Source: Deltaproteobacteria bacterium
GTDB lineage: Bacteria; Desulfobacterota; GWC2-55-46; S146-80
Length of the DNA: 64,000 bases
Direction of reading: 5' to 3'
Assembly: GCA_015492305.1 (NCBI GenBank)
Contig: WGFJ01000140.1
Location: forward strand, 287-64,286
Shown here: positions 19,634 to 29,713 of the stretch, piece by piece
Layout: the number at the start of each line of letters is the position of its first letter
Numbering within the stretch: the first letter of the stretch is position 1
Translations under genes and position numbers: made by a program
The notes under the pieces: model-generated
Databases searched by the model: none
What the model was told of the DNA's origin: nothing
The model's input: the letters and a program-made list of their open reading frames with translations, nothing else

Positions 19634-21503
19634 GGATGGTGGGATCCGGTATCCGCACAGGTCTTATCCCCTCGAGGTCTCCCTCAAGCCCCTCAGGGAT
19701 GTCAAAGCTGCTCCTCACAAGGGAAGGCAGATCTGGAGGAAGGGAAGAGGTTGCCTTCCTGAAAAGCTCTGCATAGAGGGAAAGTTTCTTCCTCCTCCCG
19801 GAAGGGGTATCGTTGTGGCGCATCGTGAGCCTCGGGATCATGTAAAGGGCCTCTTCAAGGGTATGGGCCACATAGAGGAGGCTCGAGGGATGGGTGGTAA
19901 CCTCAAGGGTCTCATCGAGACGGGCATCCCTTATGAGGGACACCTCCTCACCCTCGAACCTTACACCGTATCCCCTTCCCCTTGGCCCGAGAAGCACCGG
20001 GATGCCAAGCCTCATGGCACCGAACAGTGTGGCAAGGGCCTTCTGGGTGAAGCCACCCCACAGGACCAGAAGGGCCCCGACCCTGTTCAATATGTAGTCG
20101 GCTATCCCCCTGTAGTTCCCCTCGATAGGGCGATGGGAGACCACAGAGGCTATCTTTATGCAGGCACCGATGAAGTGGGAGGCAGAAAGGCAGGAACCGA
20201 GGTTCACCAGATTGCCGGCATCGAAATCATCCCCATGGGCCTGGAAGAGAGGGCTACCCTTGCCTATCTCTATGGCCGAACACCCCCCTGTTGCCACCAC
20301 AAAACCCATGGAGAGGAGTTCCCTTGCAAGCCTCTGGATATCCGATGGGTCCTCTTCAGGACAGCCGAAGAGCCCAACAAGTCCCGGTATCTCGCCCATC
20401 ACTATGGAAGGGGCTATCCCCCTTATCTCCCCATCCCTCACAGGGCCTCTGCCTATCCTCAAGATCCCCCTTTCTCCTTCCATCTTCTTACTGTCGAAGC
20501 TGGAGGCAACTATGAGAGAGACCTCTGCCGCCTTTCCTTTATGGAAGATGACCCCCTTCCCCTCAAGGGATAGTCTTTCTGCTGCCTCTTCCGGTGACAG
20601 TGGAGTGAGGTCCTTGAGGCCAAGGACGGTCTCCTGGGCCGTTGCGATGACGGGTATACCCATCCTGCCAGCCGTCTCCACCACATCTGGCCTGATACAC
20701 TGGGTATCGAGGATCACAAGGTCCGCTATACCGGAGGCAACTATGGGTATCTGATCCGCCTGGTTCCCTATGATCCTGAGGCCGTGGTGGTGGCGGGAGA
20801 GATCATGGGCTGCACAGCAAAGCCCCCCGACATCGATCTTCCCCTCAAGGCCCCTCTCCTTCAAGAGCCTCAGGATCTCAACACCCACATGGGAGTTGTG
20901 GCCTATGACAAGGATAAGGGGCCTCCCTTTCCCTCCTATACCAGCAAGGGGGGAGTTGGATTCACCCCTTGGCATACCAAGGGCAGAGATCTGGATCACA
21001 TCACCCACCTCAAGGGCAAGGTTGTCAAGCATACCTGCATGGAGGGCCTTGCTCACAAAGTCAAGAAGCTCCCCTTCCCCACCGTAGTGGATCGATGAGA
21101 GCAGGTGTGCCAGCTCTTCCTCTATGTAGTCTATTATGGCCTCAACCTCACCTGCCCTCTCCGGTCTCGCACCTGTGATGAGGGTGCAGAGGGGGGTCCT
21201 GATGCCACTTTTCCCCATGTCTATAGAAAAGTCCCCGAACCTCTCGGTAAGGTCCCTGAAAACCCTCCTTGCAAGGGAGGTATGTCCTGAAAGACCGATA
21301 ACCACTTGGAGGAGAAGAGCCCTTCCCAGAAAGCCCTCCCTCTTGATACCGCACCTGCCCTTTCCCCCTTCTTTGAAGCTGCATGGACCAAGGGCACAGA
21401 GGGTACAGACCTTCGATGGAAGGGAGAGGTGGGGTTTGTATGTCCTGAGTAGCCTCAGATCCCAGCTTCTAAGGGTGGAGATGTCGGGAAGGCCAGAGAT
21501 CAT
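19611..21503 (-). CDS. Ni-CODH/HCP-superfamily protein, CooS-like (carbon-monoxide dehydrogenase catalytic-subunit family)
   Basis: N-terminal C-x2-C-x4-GPC-x9-CG motif (CTLCALGPC…GRCG) as in CooS B/D-cluster ligands. Later GHN…GLCCAAHDL…DTQCIRP…GGC…GSC blocks align with CooS C-cluster ligand positions. 630 aa. The 3' end overlaps hypD by 23 bp. Confidence 0.55.
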   Translation of the reverse strand: MISGLPDISTLRSWDLRLLRTYKPHLSLPSKVCTLCALGPCSFKEGGKGRCGIKREGFLGRALLLQVVIGLSGHTSLARRVFRDLTERFGDFSIDMGKSGIRTPLCTLITGARPERAGEVEAIIDYIEEELAHLLSSIHYGGEGELLDFVSKALHAGMLDNLALEVGDVIQISALGMPRGESNSPLAGIGGKGRPLILVIGHNSHVGVEILRLLKERGLEGKIDVGGLCCAAHDLSRHHHGLRIIGNQADQIPIVASGIADLVILDTQCIRPDVVETAGRMGIPVIATAQETVLGLKDLTPLSPEEAAERLSLEGKGVIFHKGKAAEVSLIVASSFDSKKMEGERGILRIGRGPVRDGEIRGIAPSIVMGEIPGLVGLFGCPEEDPSDIQRLARELLSMGFVVATGGCSAIEIGKGSPLFQAHGDDFDAGNLVNLGSCLSASHFIGACIKIASVVSHRPIEGNYRGIADYILNRVGALLVLWGGFTQKALATLFGAMRLGIPVLLGPRGRGYGVRFEGEEVSLIRDARLDETLEVTTHPSSLLYVAHTLEEALYMIPRLTMRHNDTPSGRRKKLSLYAELFRKATSSLPPDLPSLVRSSFDIPEGLEGDLEGIRPVRIPDPTILEDHGGC

Positions 21504-21614
21504 ACCGTTGAGGATACCACTCCAGAGGCAGGGGGGTCAAGGTGTAGTCCCCAATCCAACCCCTCGGTAGAAAAAGGTTTCATAGAGGTTGACTATTGTG
21601 ATATATTTTCCCGG

Positions 21615-22013
21615 ATGCGAAGGATAACCGAAAGATGGCTAAAGCAGGCAGAGGCAGACCTTTCTGCAGCAATGGATAGCCTTGAAGATGGGCATTATGA
21701 GTGGTGCTGTTTTCAAGCACAGCAATCAGCAGAAAAGGCCCTGAAGGCCTTTTTATACGAACATGGCTATACATCAGTAATCACCCATTCTTTAAAGGAA
21801 CTTATAAGGGAGTGCTCGAAGATAGAAGGAGGCCTTTCCTCTCTTTCTACAGAGGCAAGGAAACTTGATATGTTCTACATTCCCACAAGGTATCCTAACG
21901 GTCTGGGTGGAGACCTTGCTCCAGTTGAATTTTATGAAGAGGAAGATGCAAGGGAATGCCTAAGCTATGCAGAATCGATATTGAAAGAAGTGAAGAAGTA
22001 CTTGAAGAGTTGA
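21615..22013 (+). CDS. HEPN domain protein (putative toxin/RNase component)
   Basis: HEPN-like helical protein of 132 aa paired with a downstream nucleotidyltransferase. Lies in a local AT-rich islet. Confidence 0.6.
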   Translation: MRRITERWLKQAEADLSAAMDSLEDGHYEWCCFQAQQSAEKALKAFLYEHGYTSVITHSLKELIRECSKIEGGLSSLSTEARKLDMFYIPTRYPNGLGGDLAPVEFYEEEDARECLSYAESILKEVKKYLKS

Positions 22014-22291
22014 AAGGGTTCATCAATAAACTGAAGGAAACCCTCCCAGTGGATGAGGTCTATCTATACGGTTCTTTTGCAAAGGGCCAGGTCCATGAAG
22101 GCAGTGACATTGATCTCATAATAGTGGGTAACTTTCGAGAGAGATTCTTTGAGAGGATAGGAAGGATACTCGACATGACAGATCTGCCTGTAGAACCCCT
22201 TGTCTATACCCATGAAGAGTTTCAAAGGATGAAGGATGAAGGGAATCCCTTTATCAAAGAAGTGCTGAAAGAAGCGAAAAAACTTCTGTAG
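21956..22291 (+). CDS. nucleotidyltransferase (MNT) domain protein, partner of HEPN
   Basis: Pol-beta-like nucleotidyltransferase motif GSFAKG…SDIDL. An alternative TTG start at 22010 would give a 4-bp TTGA overlap with the HEPN stop. Confidence 0.65.
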   Translation: MPKLCRIDIERSEEVLEELKGFINKLKETLPVDEVYLYGSFAKGQVHEGSDIDLIIVGNFRERFFERIGRILDMTDLPVEPLVYTHEEFQRMKDEGNPFIKEVLKEAKKLL

Positions 22292-22356
22292 AGAGAACCC
22301 CCCATGCTTCAGGACAGATGGTGTGCGCTGATGGTGGATCGCAGGAAATGGATGCC

Positions 22357-22623
22357 TCAATCATCAAAGCCCGAACCAATCCTTCGCCCCGAGGTGCCGT
22401 AGGGGCTCTGCTCCTGGAAGAGGTCCTCTATCAGATCAAGGGTCTCCCTTGCAGCCTCCTCATCGATCTTACCAATGGCAAAGCCTGCATGGACAAGGAT
22501 GTAGTCCCCCTCCCTCACATCCTCAAGGAGGAGGAGGGATACCTCCCTCTCCACACCCCTGTATTCCACAATCCCTGATCCATCCCTTATCCTCTTCACC
22601 TTCATGGGGATGGCAAGGCACAT
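22357..22623 (-). CDS. hypC: hydrogenase maturation factor HypC/HupF
   Basis: Starts MCLAIP (the essential Cys2). 88 aa. Confidence 0.9.
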   Translation of the reverse strand: MCLAIPMKVKRIRDGSGIVEYRGVEREVSLLLLEDVREGDYILVHAGFAIGKIDEEAARETLDLIEDLFQEQSPYGTSGRRIGSGFDD

Positions 22624-22965
22624 TCAATCCACCTCCATGTAGAGGACCCTCATCTCGTCATCACCTGTAACCCTGAACCGCCTGCCCCTGCAGATGGGAC
22701 AGGAAAATACAAAGCCCTCCACCTCAAACCTGCCACCACAGTCGCTGCACAACCCCTTCACAGGTTCCTTATCCACCTCAAGGAAGGCCGCACTGGCCAC
22801 GGTCCCCTTCTTGAGGGCATCGAAGCAGAAGGTAAGGGAGGAAGGTTCCACACAGGAAAATCCCCCTATCCTCACACTTACCTTCTTCACCCTTGCCACA
22901 CCCTCCCTCCTTGCGTGGTCCTCAACTATCCTGAGGATGCTCCTTGCTATTGCAAGTTCATGCAC
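22624..22965 (-). CDS. hypA: hydrogenase nickel-insertion protein HypA
   Basis: N-terminal MHE motif and a zinc site CxxC…CxxC (CSDCGG…CPIC). 113 aa. Confidence 0.9.
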   Translation of the reverse strand: MHELAIARSILRIVEDHARREGVARVKKVSVRIGGFSCVEPSSLTFCFDALKKGTVASAAFLEVDKEPVKGLCSDCGGRFEVEGFVFSCPICRGRRFRVTGDDEMRVLYMEVD

Positions 22966-23414
22966 CTCCTGACCTCCCTGAGGACAACCTCTGCTGCCTT
23001 CGGAATGGAGGCCTCCACCTCAGGGGTAAGGCCTATCCCCTGACATACCCTGCCAGGTTCTATCCCCACGATCCTCCCCTCAGGCCTCCTCCCTTTCATC
23101 AGGGTAAAGAGGGAGAAGACCTCCCTCAGGTCCACCTCGTGGAGGGAAAGCTTCTGGGCCGTCCTTGATGGGACCTCACTTATGTCGAAGGTGTAGATGG
23201 AGCCAGGCCTTCCACCGCCCCTGAAGGCATCCACCACCACAATACCATCCGCACCTTCAAGGTAAGGGAAGAGCTTGAGGCCACCTGTTCCTCCATCGAT
23301 GGCCTCAACACCTTCTGGCAGGCCCCCCTTTTCCAGGAGGTACTCCACCACCCTGACACCCACAGCCTCATCACCCATGAGGAGATTGCCCACCCCTATC
23401 ACCCTTACCCTCAT
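22947..23414 (-). CDS. hyaD: hydrogenase maturation endopeptidase (HyaD/HybD family)
   Basis: Start moved to the internal ATG (MRVRVIGVGNLLMGDEAVGVRVVE…), which matches the protease N-terminus consensus and abuts the cytochrome b stop (overlap at 23414). The His-rich ORF extension upstream is judged non-coding. Confidence 0.8.
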   Translation of the reverse strand: MRVRVIGVGNLLMGDEAVGVRVVEYLLEKGGLPEGVEAIDGGTGGLKLFPYLEGADGIVVVDAFRGGGRPGSIYTFDISEVPSRTAQKLSLHEVDLREVFSLFTLMKGRRPEGRIVGIEPGRVCQGIGLTPEVEASIPKAAEVVLREVRRCMNLQ

Positions 23415-24061
23415 TACTGCGATCCCCTGACCTTCTTCAGCTTGTACCCTGTGAAGATGGATGTGAAGGTCCTGTCCCTGTCGGTAAGGTCCTTGAGTAT
23501 CCCCATGTATATGTGGACAGGGATGGTGATGATAAAGATCCACATCACCGCAAAGTGGATGAGTCTTGTTACAGGCATACCTCCCAGAAGCCTGTTCACC
23601 CATCCGAAGGCGGCCTGAGAATCAAAGAGGCCAAAAACACTGCCGCTGTAGAGGGCAAAGCCTGTGAAGATCTGGACGATTATGAGGAGTCCCCACACAA
23701 AGTAGGTGAGGGCCTGAAGGGGGTTGAACCTCTCGTAGTCCTTGTGGGTATCCTTGAGGAAGAGATAATAACCCAGGATATCGGGTATATCCCTTATGAG
23801 GCTCCACCTTGGCAGCAGGGCACCGATATCGTTGAAGTATATGTAGGCTATGAGGCTCAGGATGAGGATGTACATGGAGAGGAAGTGGAGGAACCTCATC
23901 CAGCTCATCAGGTAACCACCCTCACTCCCTGGGATGAAGGGTGCATAGATGTAGTACCCGGTGAAGATGAGGACGAAGATGGCGATGGCCCTCACCCAGT
24001 GGTTTATCCTGTATGCAAGGTTCCACTCATAGACAAGCTCGTATCTCTCCTTAGCCATCAC
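23414..24061 (-). CDS. hyaC: Ni/Fe-hydrogenase b-type cytochrome subunit
   Basis: Four-TM cytochrome b (…NHWVRAIAIFVLIFTGYYIY…) placed after the large subunit. Confidence 0.85.
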   Translation of the reverse strand: MMAKERYELVYEWNLAYRINHWVRAIAIFVLIFTGYYIYAPFIPGSEGGYLMSWMRFLHFLSMYILILSLIAYIYFNDIGALLPRWSLIRDIPDILGYYLFLKDTHKDYERFNPLQALTYFVWGLLIIVQIFTGFALYSGSVFGLFDSQAAFGWVNRLLGGMPVTRLIHFAVMWIFIITIPVHIYMGILKDLTDRDRTFTSIFTGYKLKKVRGSQ

Positions 24062-24068
24062 CCACCTC

Positions 24069-25661
24069 CTACGAGACCCTGAACCTGTAGACCTCGTTTG
24101 TTTCAGGGTCTATTATGTGGACGGTACAGGCGATACAGGGATCAAAGGAGTGAACAACCCTGAGGACCTCAAGGGGCCTCTTGGGGTCCACCACAGGTGT
24201 TCCAATGAGGGCCTCCTCAATGGGTCCCCTCACCCCGTTCCCATCCCTGGGGGAGACATTCCACGCCGTGGGGGTGATCACCTGATACCTTTCGACCCTG
24301 CCATTCTTCAGGGTGTACCAGTGGCCAAGGGCACCCCTCGGTGCCTCCCACAGACCCACCCCTTCACCTGAATCAGGTGGTTCGTGGGGGGTAAACATCT
24401 CCTTCCTTCCGGCCTTGAGATTCTCGATGAGTTCCATGGTCCACTCCACCATGGAATCGGCTATGAGCTTTGCCTCAAGGGCCCTTGCAGCTGCCCTTCC
24501 AAGGGTGGACATGAGGACATCGTATCTTCCGGAAAGGCCAAGTCTGTCAAGGGTATTATCTATGAGGGTCCTTGCCTTCTCCCTCCCGGACACATAGGCA
24601 ACGAGCATCCTCGCCAGGGCCCCTACCTCCATGGGCCTGTCTCCAAGCCTCGGTGCCTTCGCCCAGCTGTATTTGGCCTCGGTGTCGTAACCTGTAAAAT
24701 CGGGCTCTGTCACACCTTTGCTTGGGTGGAGGGCCGGCCCGTCCTTGTACCAGCTATGGGTCACATGTTCCCTCACATCCTCCTGGTTTACCTCATTGCG
24801 CTTGAGTTCCCAGTTGTATATGGCACCCATGGGGAGGGTCCTCTTTGTGGGATCGAAGCTCTTGTCCTCAAAGACTCCCCAGGCAAGGAAGTTTCCAACA
24901 CCCTTTCCGATGGTGGCATACTCCAGGTAGTAAGGCGCTATGGCTATTACATCCTCCACAAAGACCTCATCTATCCACTTCTGTATCTTCTTGAGCCTGA
25001 AGAGGAAGTTCTGGAGATCCTCAACACCAGGGGTGCATGTCACCCCTCCAGGTGGTGTCCCCTGGATCATGGGCATCTTCCCGCCGAAGAAGGCAGAAAG
25101 GTGAGAGGCCTCAGCCTGCATCTCAAGGGCCTCAAGGTAATGGGCCACAACAAGGAGGTTCAGATCAGGTGGGAGCTTGTATGCAGGATGGCCCCAGTAG
25201 GCGTTTGCAAAGGGACCGAGTTGTCCGCTCTCCACAAAGGCCTTGAGCCTTGCCTGGACATCCTTCAGGTACTTTTCGCGGGGCAGGGCATTTAGAGCAC
25301 TCACAACATCCACATAGTCAAGCCCGTTCAGGTGGTAGAACCAGAGGATATGGGAATGGAGGAACTGGGAACCTTCCACAAGGTTCCTTATGATCCTTCC
25401 ATTGTCAGGGGGCCTTATGCCGTAGGAATCCTCAATGCACATGGCTGATGTATGGGCATGGGAGGTGGGGCAGACCCCGCAGATCCGCTGGGTGAGGATC
25501 CACGCATCCCGCGGATCCCTTCCCTCAAGGATGATCTCAAACCCCCTGAAGAGGGTTCCAGAGGTCCATGCATCCTTCACCTTGCCATCTTCCACCTCAA
25601 CCTCTATGCCGAGATGGCCCTCTATCCTGGGGATGGGATCTATGACTACCCTCTTTGCCAT
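24069..25661 (-). CDS. hyaB: [NiFe] hydrogenase large subunit, group 1 (membrane-bound uptake type)
   Basis: N-terminal RIEGH, the L1 motif RICGVCPTSH, and C-terminal DPCIACTVH followed by a cleavable tail. Confidence 0.9.
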   Translation of the reverse strand: MAKRVVIDPIPRIEGHLGIEVEVEDGKVKDAWTSGTLFRGFEIILEGRDPRDAWILTQRICGVCPTSHAHTSAMCIEDSYGIRPPDNGRIIRNLVEGSQFLHSHILWFYHLNGLDYVDVVSALNALPREKYLKDVQARLKAFVESGQLGPFANAYWGHPAYKLPPDLNLLVVAHYLEALEMQAEASHLSAFFGGKMPMIQGTPPGGVTCTPGVEDLQNFLFRLKKIQKWIDEVFVEDVIAIAPYYLEYATIGKGVGNFLAWGVFEDKSFDPTKRTLPMGAIYNWELKRNEVNQEDVREHVTHSWYKDGPALHPSKGVTEPDFTGYDTEAKYSWAKAPRLGDRPMEVGALARMLVAYVSGREKARTLIDNTLDRLGLSGRYDVLMSTLGRAAARALEAKLIADSMVEWTMELIENLKAGRKEMFTPHEPPDSGEGVGLWEAPRGALGHWYTLKNGRVERYQVITPTAWNVSPRDGNGVRGPIEEALIGTPVVDPKRPLEVLRVVHSFDPCIACTVHIIDPETNEVYRFRVS

Positions 25662-26725
25662 TACTCCTCACCCCCTTCCTTCTTGCCCTTTGTCCTGCCC
25701 TTCAGGGCTGAAGCCACAAAGTGGATACCTATGCCAGCAGCCGTTGCAACACCAAGGGTGGCACCTATCTTGTCTGCCGTATTCTCCACACCCTTGAAGA
25801 TGGGGATGGCAACACCTGGCAGTGCAGCCCTGAAGGGGCTGAAGGCATCAGGCCATCCAGGCTCGGTACAGCCTGTGCACCCGTAGCCTGTCTGAACACA
25901 CCAGCTTATCTTGTCGTTCCACCTCACAAGGGGACAGTTTGAAAAGGTATTCGGTCCCTTGCAGCCCATCTTGTAAAGGCATTTCCTCTCCCAGGCCTCC
26001 TCTGAACCGAACTCCTCCACAAAGACACCCTGATCGAAGTGGGCCCTCCTCGGACAGTTGTCGTGTATCCTTGTACCGTAGATCATCTTTGGCCTTCCAT
26101 ACCTGTCCAGTTCAGGAAGCCTTCCGAAGAGGAGGTTGTGGACGATGGTGGCAATCACCCATTCAGGGTTGACAGGACATCCCGGAAGATTCACCACCTG
26201 CCTCCCGAGGTACTCCCCGACCCCCTTGATACCGGCAGGGTTCGGCCTTGCCCCTGGCACCCCTCCATAGGTGGCACATGCACCGATGGCTATTATGGCC
26301 TTCGCCTTTTCAGAGGCCTCCTTCAGGATATCCATCATATCCCTTCTCCCTATCATCCCGTATCCACGCTTCGTGGGGACCCCTCCCTCTACGATGAGGA
26401 AGTAACCCCCTTCTTCTATGGATCTCTTCAGGATCTCTTCTGACTGGGTGCCTGCTGCAGCCATGATGGTCTCATGGTAGTCGATGCTCAGGATGTCAAG
26501 GACGAGTTCGGCAGCAGATGGATAGGTGGCTTTGATCACCGATTCGGTGCATCCTGTATCGGATGCGAAGTGGAGCCACACAACGGAAGGTCTTCTGGAG
26601 GCCTTCTCTATGGCCGATGCAATCTTCGGGATGTAGAGGTCGGAAAGGCCGAGCATGGAGGCAAGGAGCCCGCAGAACCTGAGGAACTCCCTTCGGTCAA
26701 GCTCTTTCAAAAGATAGTGCTTCAT
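25661..26725 (-). CDS. hyaA: [NiFe] hydrogenase small subunit, group 1, Tat-exported
   Basis: Twin-arginine signal (RREFLRF), Fe-S cluster cysteines, and a C-terminal hydrophobic anchor. Start set at MKHYLL, which has an AAAGGAGGGGG ribosome-binding site. Confidence 0.9.
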   Translation of the reverse strand: MKHYLLKELDRREFLRFCGLLASMLGLSDLYIPKIASAIEKASRRPSVVWLHFASDTGCTESVIKATYPSAAELVLDILSIDYHETIMAAAGTQSEEILKRSIEEGGYFLIVEGGVPTKRGYGMIGRRDMMDILKEASEKAKAIIAIGACATYGGVPGARPNPAGIKGVGEYLGRQVVNLPGCPVNPEWVIATIVHNLLFGRLPELDRYGRPKMIYGTRIHDNCPRRAHFDQGVFVEEFGSEEAWERKCLYKMGCKGPNTFSNCPLVRWNDKISWCVQTGYGCTGCTEPGWPDAFSPFRAALPGVAIPIFKGVENTADKIGATLGVATAAGIGIHFVASALKGRTKGKKEGGEE

Positions 26726-26807
26726 ACACCCCCCTCCTTTCAGCAAACGGTCCTAATACACCTGCCTCAACAGTCTATCACCTCCTTCCTCAAAGGACTT
26801 TTTTAAA

Positions 26808-26813
26808 ATTATA
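26808..26813 (-). promoter_or_regulatory. putative -10 element (TATAAT on minus strand) upstream of hyaA
   Basis: Perfect TATAAT in the 89-bp AT-rich gap between the two hydrogenase operons. The -35 is weak (ATGCAA). Confidence 0.3.
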
Positions 26814-26835
26814 GCAGATCATTACAACCTTTGCA

Positions 26836-28116
26836 TTAATCCCTTCTTATTTCAACCTTCAGGAGATGGGTGGAACAGGATATGCAGGGATCGTAGTTCC
26901 TTATGGTCTGTTCACTCCTGAAGGTGAGTTCCTCCTCTGCCATGTGGAGGTTCATCTCCACAAACTTCCTCAGGTCCTCCTCCATGACCCCCTGGTTCTG
27001 GGAGGTGGGTGGAACTATCTTTGCATCCCTTATTATGCCCCTACCGTCTATGGTGTACCTGTGGTAGAGTATCCCCCTTGGAGCCTCGGTGCATCCGTAT
27101 CCAGTGCCTTCCCTGACCTCAAATTCAATCGATGCCTCCCCTGGCTCTTCATACCCCTCAACGATACCCACTGCCTCATCGAAGGCATGGAGTATCTCAA
27201 TGGTCCTCACCACTATGGAAAGGAAGGGATTCCTGCAGGGAGGGACAAGACCCACCTCCCTTGCAATCTCCCTTGCAATGGGCCTCAACCTCTCGAAGTT
27301 CAGGTTGAACCTTGCAAGGGGTCCAACAAGGTAATGGCCCCTTTCCTTCAATCTGGAGTGGAGGGCCGTTGAATGGGGGACCTGCTCCTCCACGAAGTGG
27401 TCGTCATAATCCCTCACATCTATGTCAAGGCCCTTGTTCGAGACAATCCTCCCCTCATTCATGGGGTATTCATCGGGATGGGAGAGGGCCACAAACTCGT
27501 AGTCCCTCTCAAGATCAGGGAAGGGCAGGGTCGAAGCCCATCTCACCATCTCCACCGCCAGATCCCTTCCCCTTTTGAGGTCCTCAAGTATCCCCCTGAG
27601 CTCCTCCTTCCCCGGCACCCTGTAGAATCCCCCCACCCTGAGGTTCACAGGGTGGATCTCCCTCCCACCCACAAGGGCCACAAGGGCATTGCCTATGCGC
27701 TTTAGATTCAGCCCTTTCTCCACCACATCCCTGTGGTCCCCTGCCATCTCCATGGCGCTCTGGTAACCAAGGAAGTCAGGGGCATGGAGGAGGAAGACAT
27801 GGAGGGCATGGCTCTCGATCCACTCCCCGCAGTAGATAAGCCTCCTCAGGGTCCTGAGACCGCCGCCCACCTTCACACCCAGAAGGTCCTCCATGGCATG
27901 GGATGAGCTCATCTGGTAGGCCACAGGGCATATGCCACATATCCTTGCCGTTATGTCAGGGGCCTCGTCGAAACGTCTGCCCCTCAGGAAGGCCTCAAAG
28001 AACCTTGGCGGTTCAAAGATGTTCAACCTCACCTCCTGCACCTTCCCGCCCTTCACCCTCACATAGATCCCTCCCTCACCTTCCACACGGGCAAGGTTAC
28101 CCACCTTTATCCTCAT
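26836..28116 (-). CDS. [NiFe] hydrogenase large subunit, group 3b (sulfhydrogenase alpha-like)
   Basis: RICGICP…H motif and C-terminal DPCISCSTH. Size of 426 aa matches the short cytoplasmic group-3 type. Confidence 0.85.
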   Translation of the reverse strand: MRIKVGNLARVEGEGGIYVRVKGGKVQEVRLNIFEPPRFFEAFLRGRRFDEAPDITARICGICPVAYQMSSSHAMEDLLGVKVGGGLRTLRRLIYCGEWIESHALHVFLLHAPDFLGYQSAMEMAGDHRDVVEKGLNLKRIGNALVALVGGREIHPVNLRVGGFYRVPGKEELRGILEDLKRGRDLAVEMVRWASTLPFPDLERDYEFVALSHPDEYPMNEGRIVSNKGLDIDVRDYDDHFVEEQVPHSTALHSRLKERGHYLVGPLARFNLNFERLRPIAREIAREVGLVPPCRNPFLSIVVRTIEILHAFDEAVGIVEGYEEPGEASIEFEVREGTGYGCTEAPRGILYHRYTIDGRGIIRDAKIVPPTSQNQGVMEEDLRKFVEMNLHMAEEELTFRSEQTIRNYDPCISCSTHLLKVEIRRD

Positions 28117-28892
28117 GCCCCCTCCCCTTCAAAGGACCTTGCAAAGGGTGCAAGGGCCCCTTCTATGTTGAAGGTCCTGAGTCTCCTTACAAGTTCCTCC
28201 CTCTCCATGCCGTATCTTTCGATCCACCATCTGCCAAGGGATTCCATGTTCACCGTCTCCGAAGGGCCGTAACATCCGTAGCACCCCCTCCTGTAGGAAG
28301 GACAGATGGCACCGCAACCGCCATGGGTCACGGGTCCCATGCAGGGCACCCCCTCTGATACCATGACGCAGACATTGTCCTTCATCTTGCACTCAAGGCA
28401 CAGGCTGTGGGAGGGGATGCTGGGGGTGCGACCGTTAAGGAGGGAGATCAGGACATATAGGAGCTGGTGCTTGTTTATGGGGCAACCCCTCAACTCAAGG
28501 TCAACCTTCACATGATGGGATACAGGGGTTGAATCCTTAAGGGTATCGATGTACTCGGGCCTTGCATACACAAGGGATGTAAACTCCTCAACATCCCTCA
28601 GGTTCCTCAGGGCCTGTATCCCCCCTGCCGTTGCACAGGCCCCTATGGCTATGAGGTACCTTGAGGCCCTCCTTATCCTTTTTATCCTTTCCACATCATG
28701 GGGTGTTGTGATGGAACCCTCTACAAGGGAGATGTGGTATGGCCCCTTCTCAACCCTTCGTGAGGCCTCAAGGAAGTAGGCCACCTCCACCGCCTCTGAA
28801 AGGGGCAGGAGTTCCTCCTCGCAGTCAAGGAGGCTGAGCTGGCACCCGTCACAGGAGGCAAACTTCCACACAGCAAGCCTTATCTTCCTCAT
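28113..28892 (-). CDS. [NiFe] hydrogenase small subunit, group 3b (delta-like)
   Basis: N-terminal CDGCQ, proximal and distal Fe-S cysteines, 259 aa. Overlaps its neighbours by 4 bp. Confidence 0.8.
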   Translation of the reverse strand: MRKIRLAVWKFASCDGCQLSLLDCEEELLPLSEAVEVAYFLEASRRVEKGPYHISLVEGSITTPHDVERIKRIRRASRYLIAIGACATAGGIQALRNLRDVEEFTSLVYARPEYIDTLKDSTPVSHHVKVDLELRGCPINKHQLLYVLISLLNGRTPSIPSHSLCLECKMKDNVCVMVSEGVPCMGPVTHGGCGAICPSYRRGCYGCYGPSETVNMESLGRWWIERYGMEREELVRRLRTFNIEGALAPFARSFEGEGA

Positions 28893-29713
28893 ACCTCCTT
28901 CCTCCAGATGAGTTCCTTCACCGTGTCATACCTGAAGACAGGACCATCCTTACACACAAAGTAGGGTCCAAACTGACAGTGGCCGCAAAGCCCTATGGCG
29001 CACTTCATATTCCTCTCCATGGAGAGGAATATCTTCTCCTCCTTCAGTCCTGCCTCCATAAGGGCCCTCACGGTAAAGCGCATCATCACCTCGGGTCCAC
29101 ATACCATGGCTGTTGTGTGGTATGGATCGAAGCGGGCCCTCTCAATAAGGGCCGTTACCACACCAACATTGCCCTTCCATGTGGAGGATGCGGAATCCAC
29201 GGTCACATCCACATACATGTCGAACCTCCCCCTCCACCTGTGGAGTTCCCTCTTGTAGAGGAGGTCATCCGGTGTCCTTGCACCGTAGAGGAGGAGGAAT
29301 CTGCCAAAGTCCTTCCTCCTTGAGAGGACATCGTAGACCACAGGCCTTAAAGGGGCAAGCCCAACCCCCCCTGCCACAAGGAGGATATCGTCACCCCTGG
29401 CCTCATCCACAGGCCATGGGTTACCAAAGGGCCCCCTCACGCCTATGGGGTCCCCCTTTTTCAGTCTCCCTATAAGGCCCGTGACAGAACCCACCATCCT
29501 CACCGTATGGACCACCCTGTCCATCTTTCCAGGGTCTCCGCTTATGGAGATGGGCACCTCCCCTGCACCAGGGAGGTAGAGCATGTTGAACTGACCCGGC
29601 CTGAACCGGAAGGGCCTCCCGTAGCCTTCCAGGGTAAGGGTCACAACATCCCCTGTCTCCCTCCTTATCTGTCCTACAGAGAGGATGGCTGGAATGAGGG
29701 GGTGGCCCATCAC
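28889..29713 (-). CDS. sulfhydrogenase gamma-like FAD/NAD(P)-binding subunit with [2Fe-2S] site
   Basis: PyrK-like oxidoreductase fold with C-terminal [10 protein letters not shown]. Confidence 0.75.
   Translation of the reverse strand: MMGHPLIPAILSVGQIRRETGDVVTLTLEGYGRPFRFRPGQFNMLYLPGAGEVPISISGDPGKMDRVVHTVRMVGSVTGLIGRLKKGDPIGVRGPFGNPWPVDEARGDDILLVAGGVGLAPLRPVVYDVLSRRKDFGRFLLLYGARTPDDLLYKRELHRWRGRFDMYVDVTVDSASSTWKGNVGVVTALIERARFDPYHTTAMVCGPEVMMRFTVRALMEAGLKEEKIFLSMERNMKCAIGLCGHCQFGPYFVCKDGPVFRYDTVKELIWRKEV

Noticed and set aside
23415-23603. His-rich N-terminal extension (…DLYHHHPCPHIHGD…) of the hydrogenase protease ORF
   Set aside because: It overlaps the cytochrome b gene. The protease consensus N-terminus (MRVRVIGVGN…) begins at the internal ATG at 23414, which abuts the cytochrome b stop.
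24069-28116. Selenocysteine-containing ([NiFeSe]) hydrogenase large subunits
   Set aside because: Both large subunits end DPCxxCxxH with TGC/TGT cysteine codons. There is no in-frame TGA or SECIS-like hairpin.
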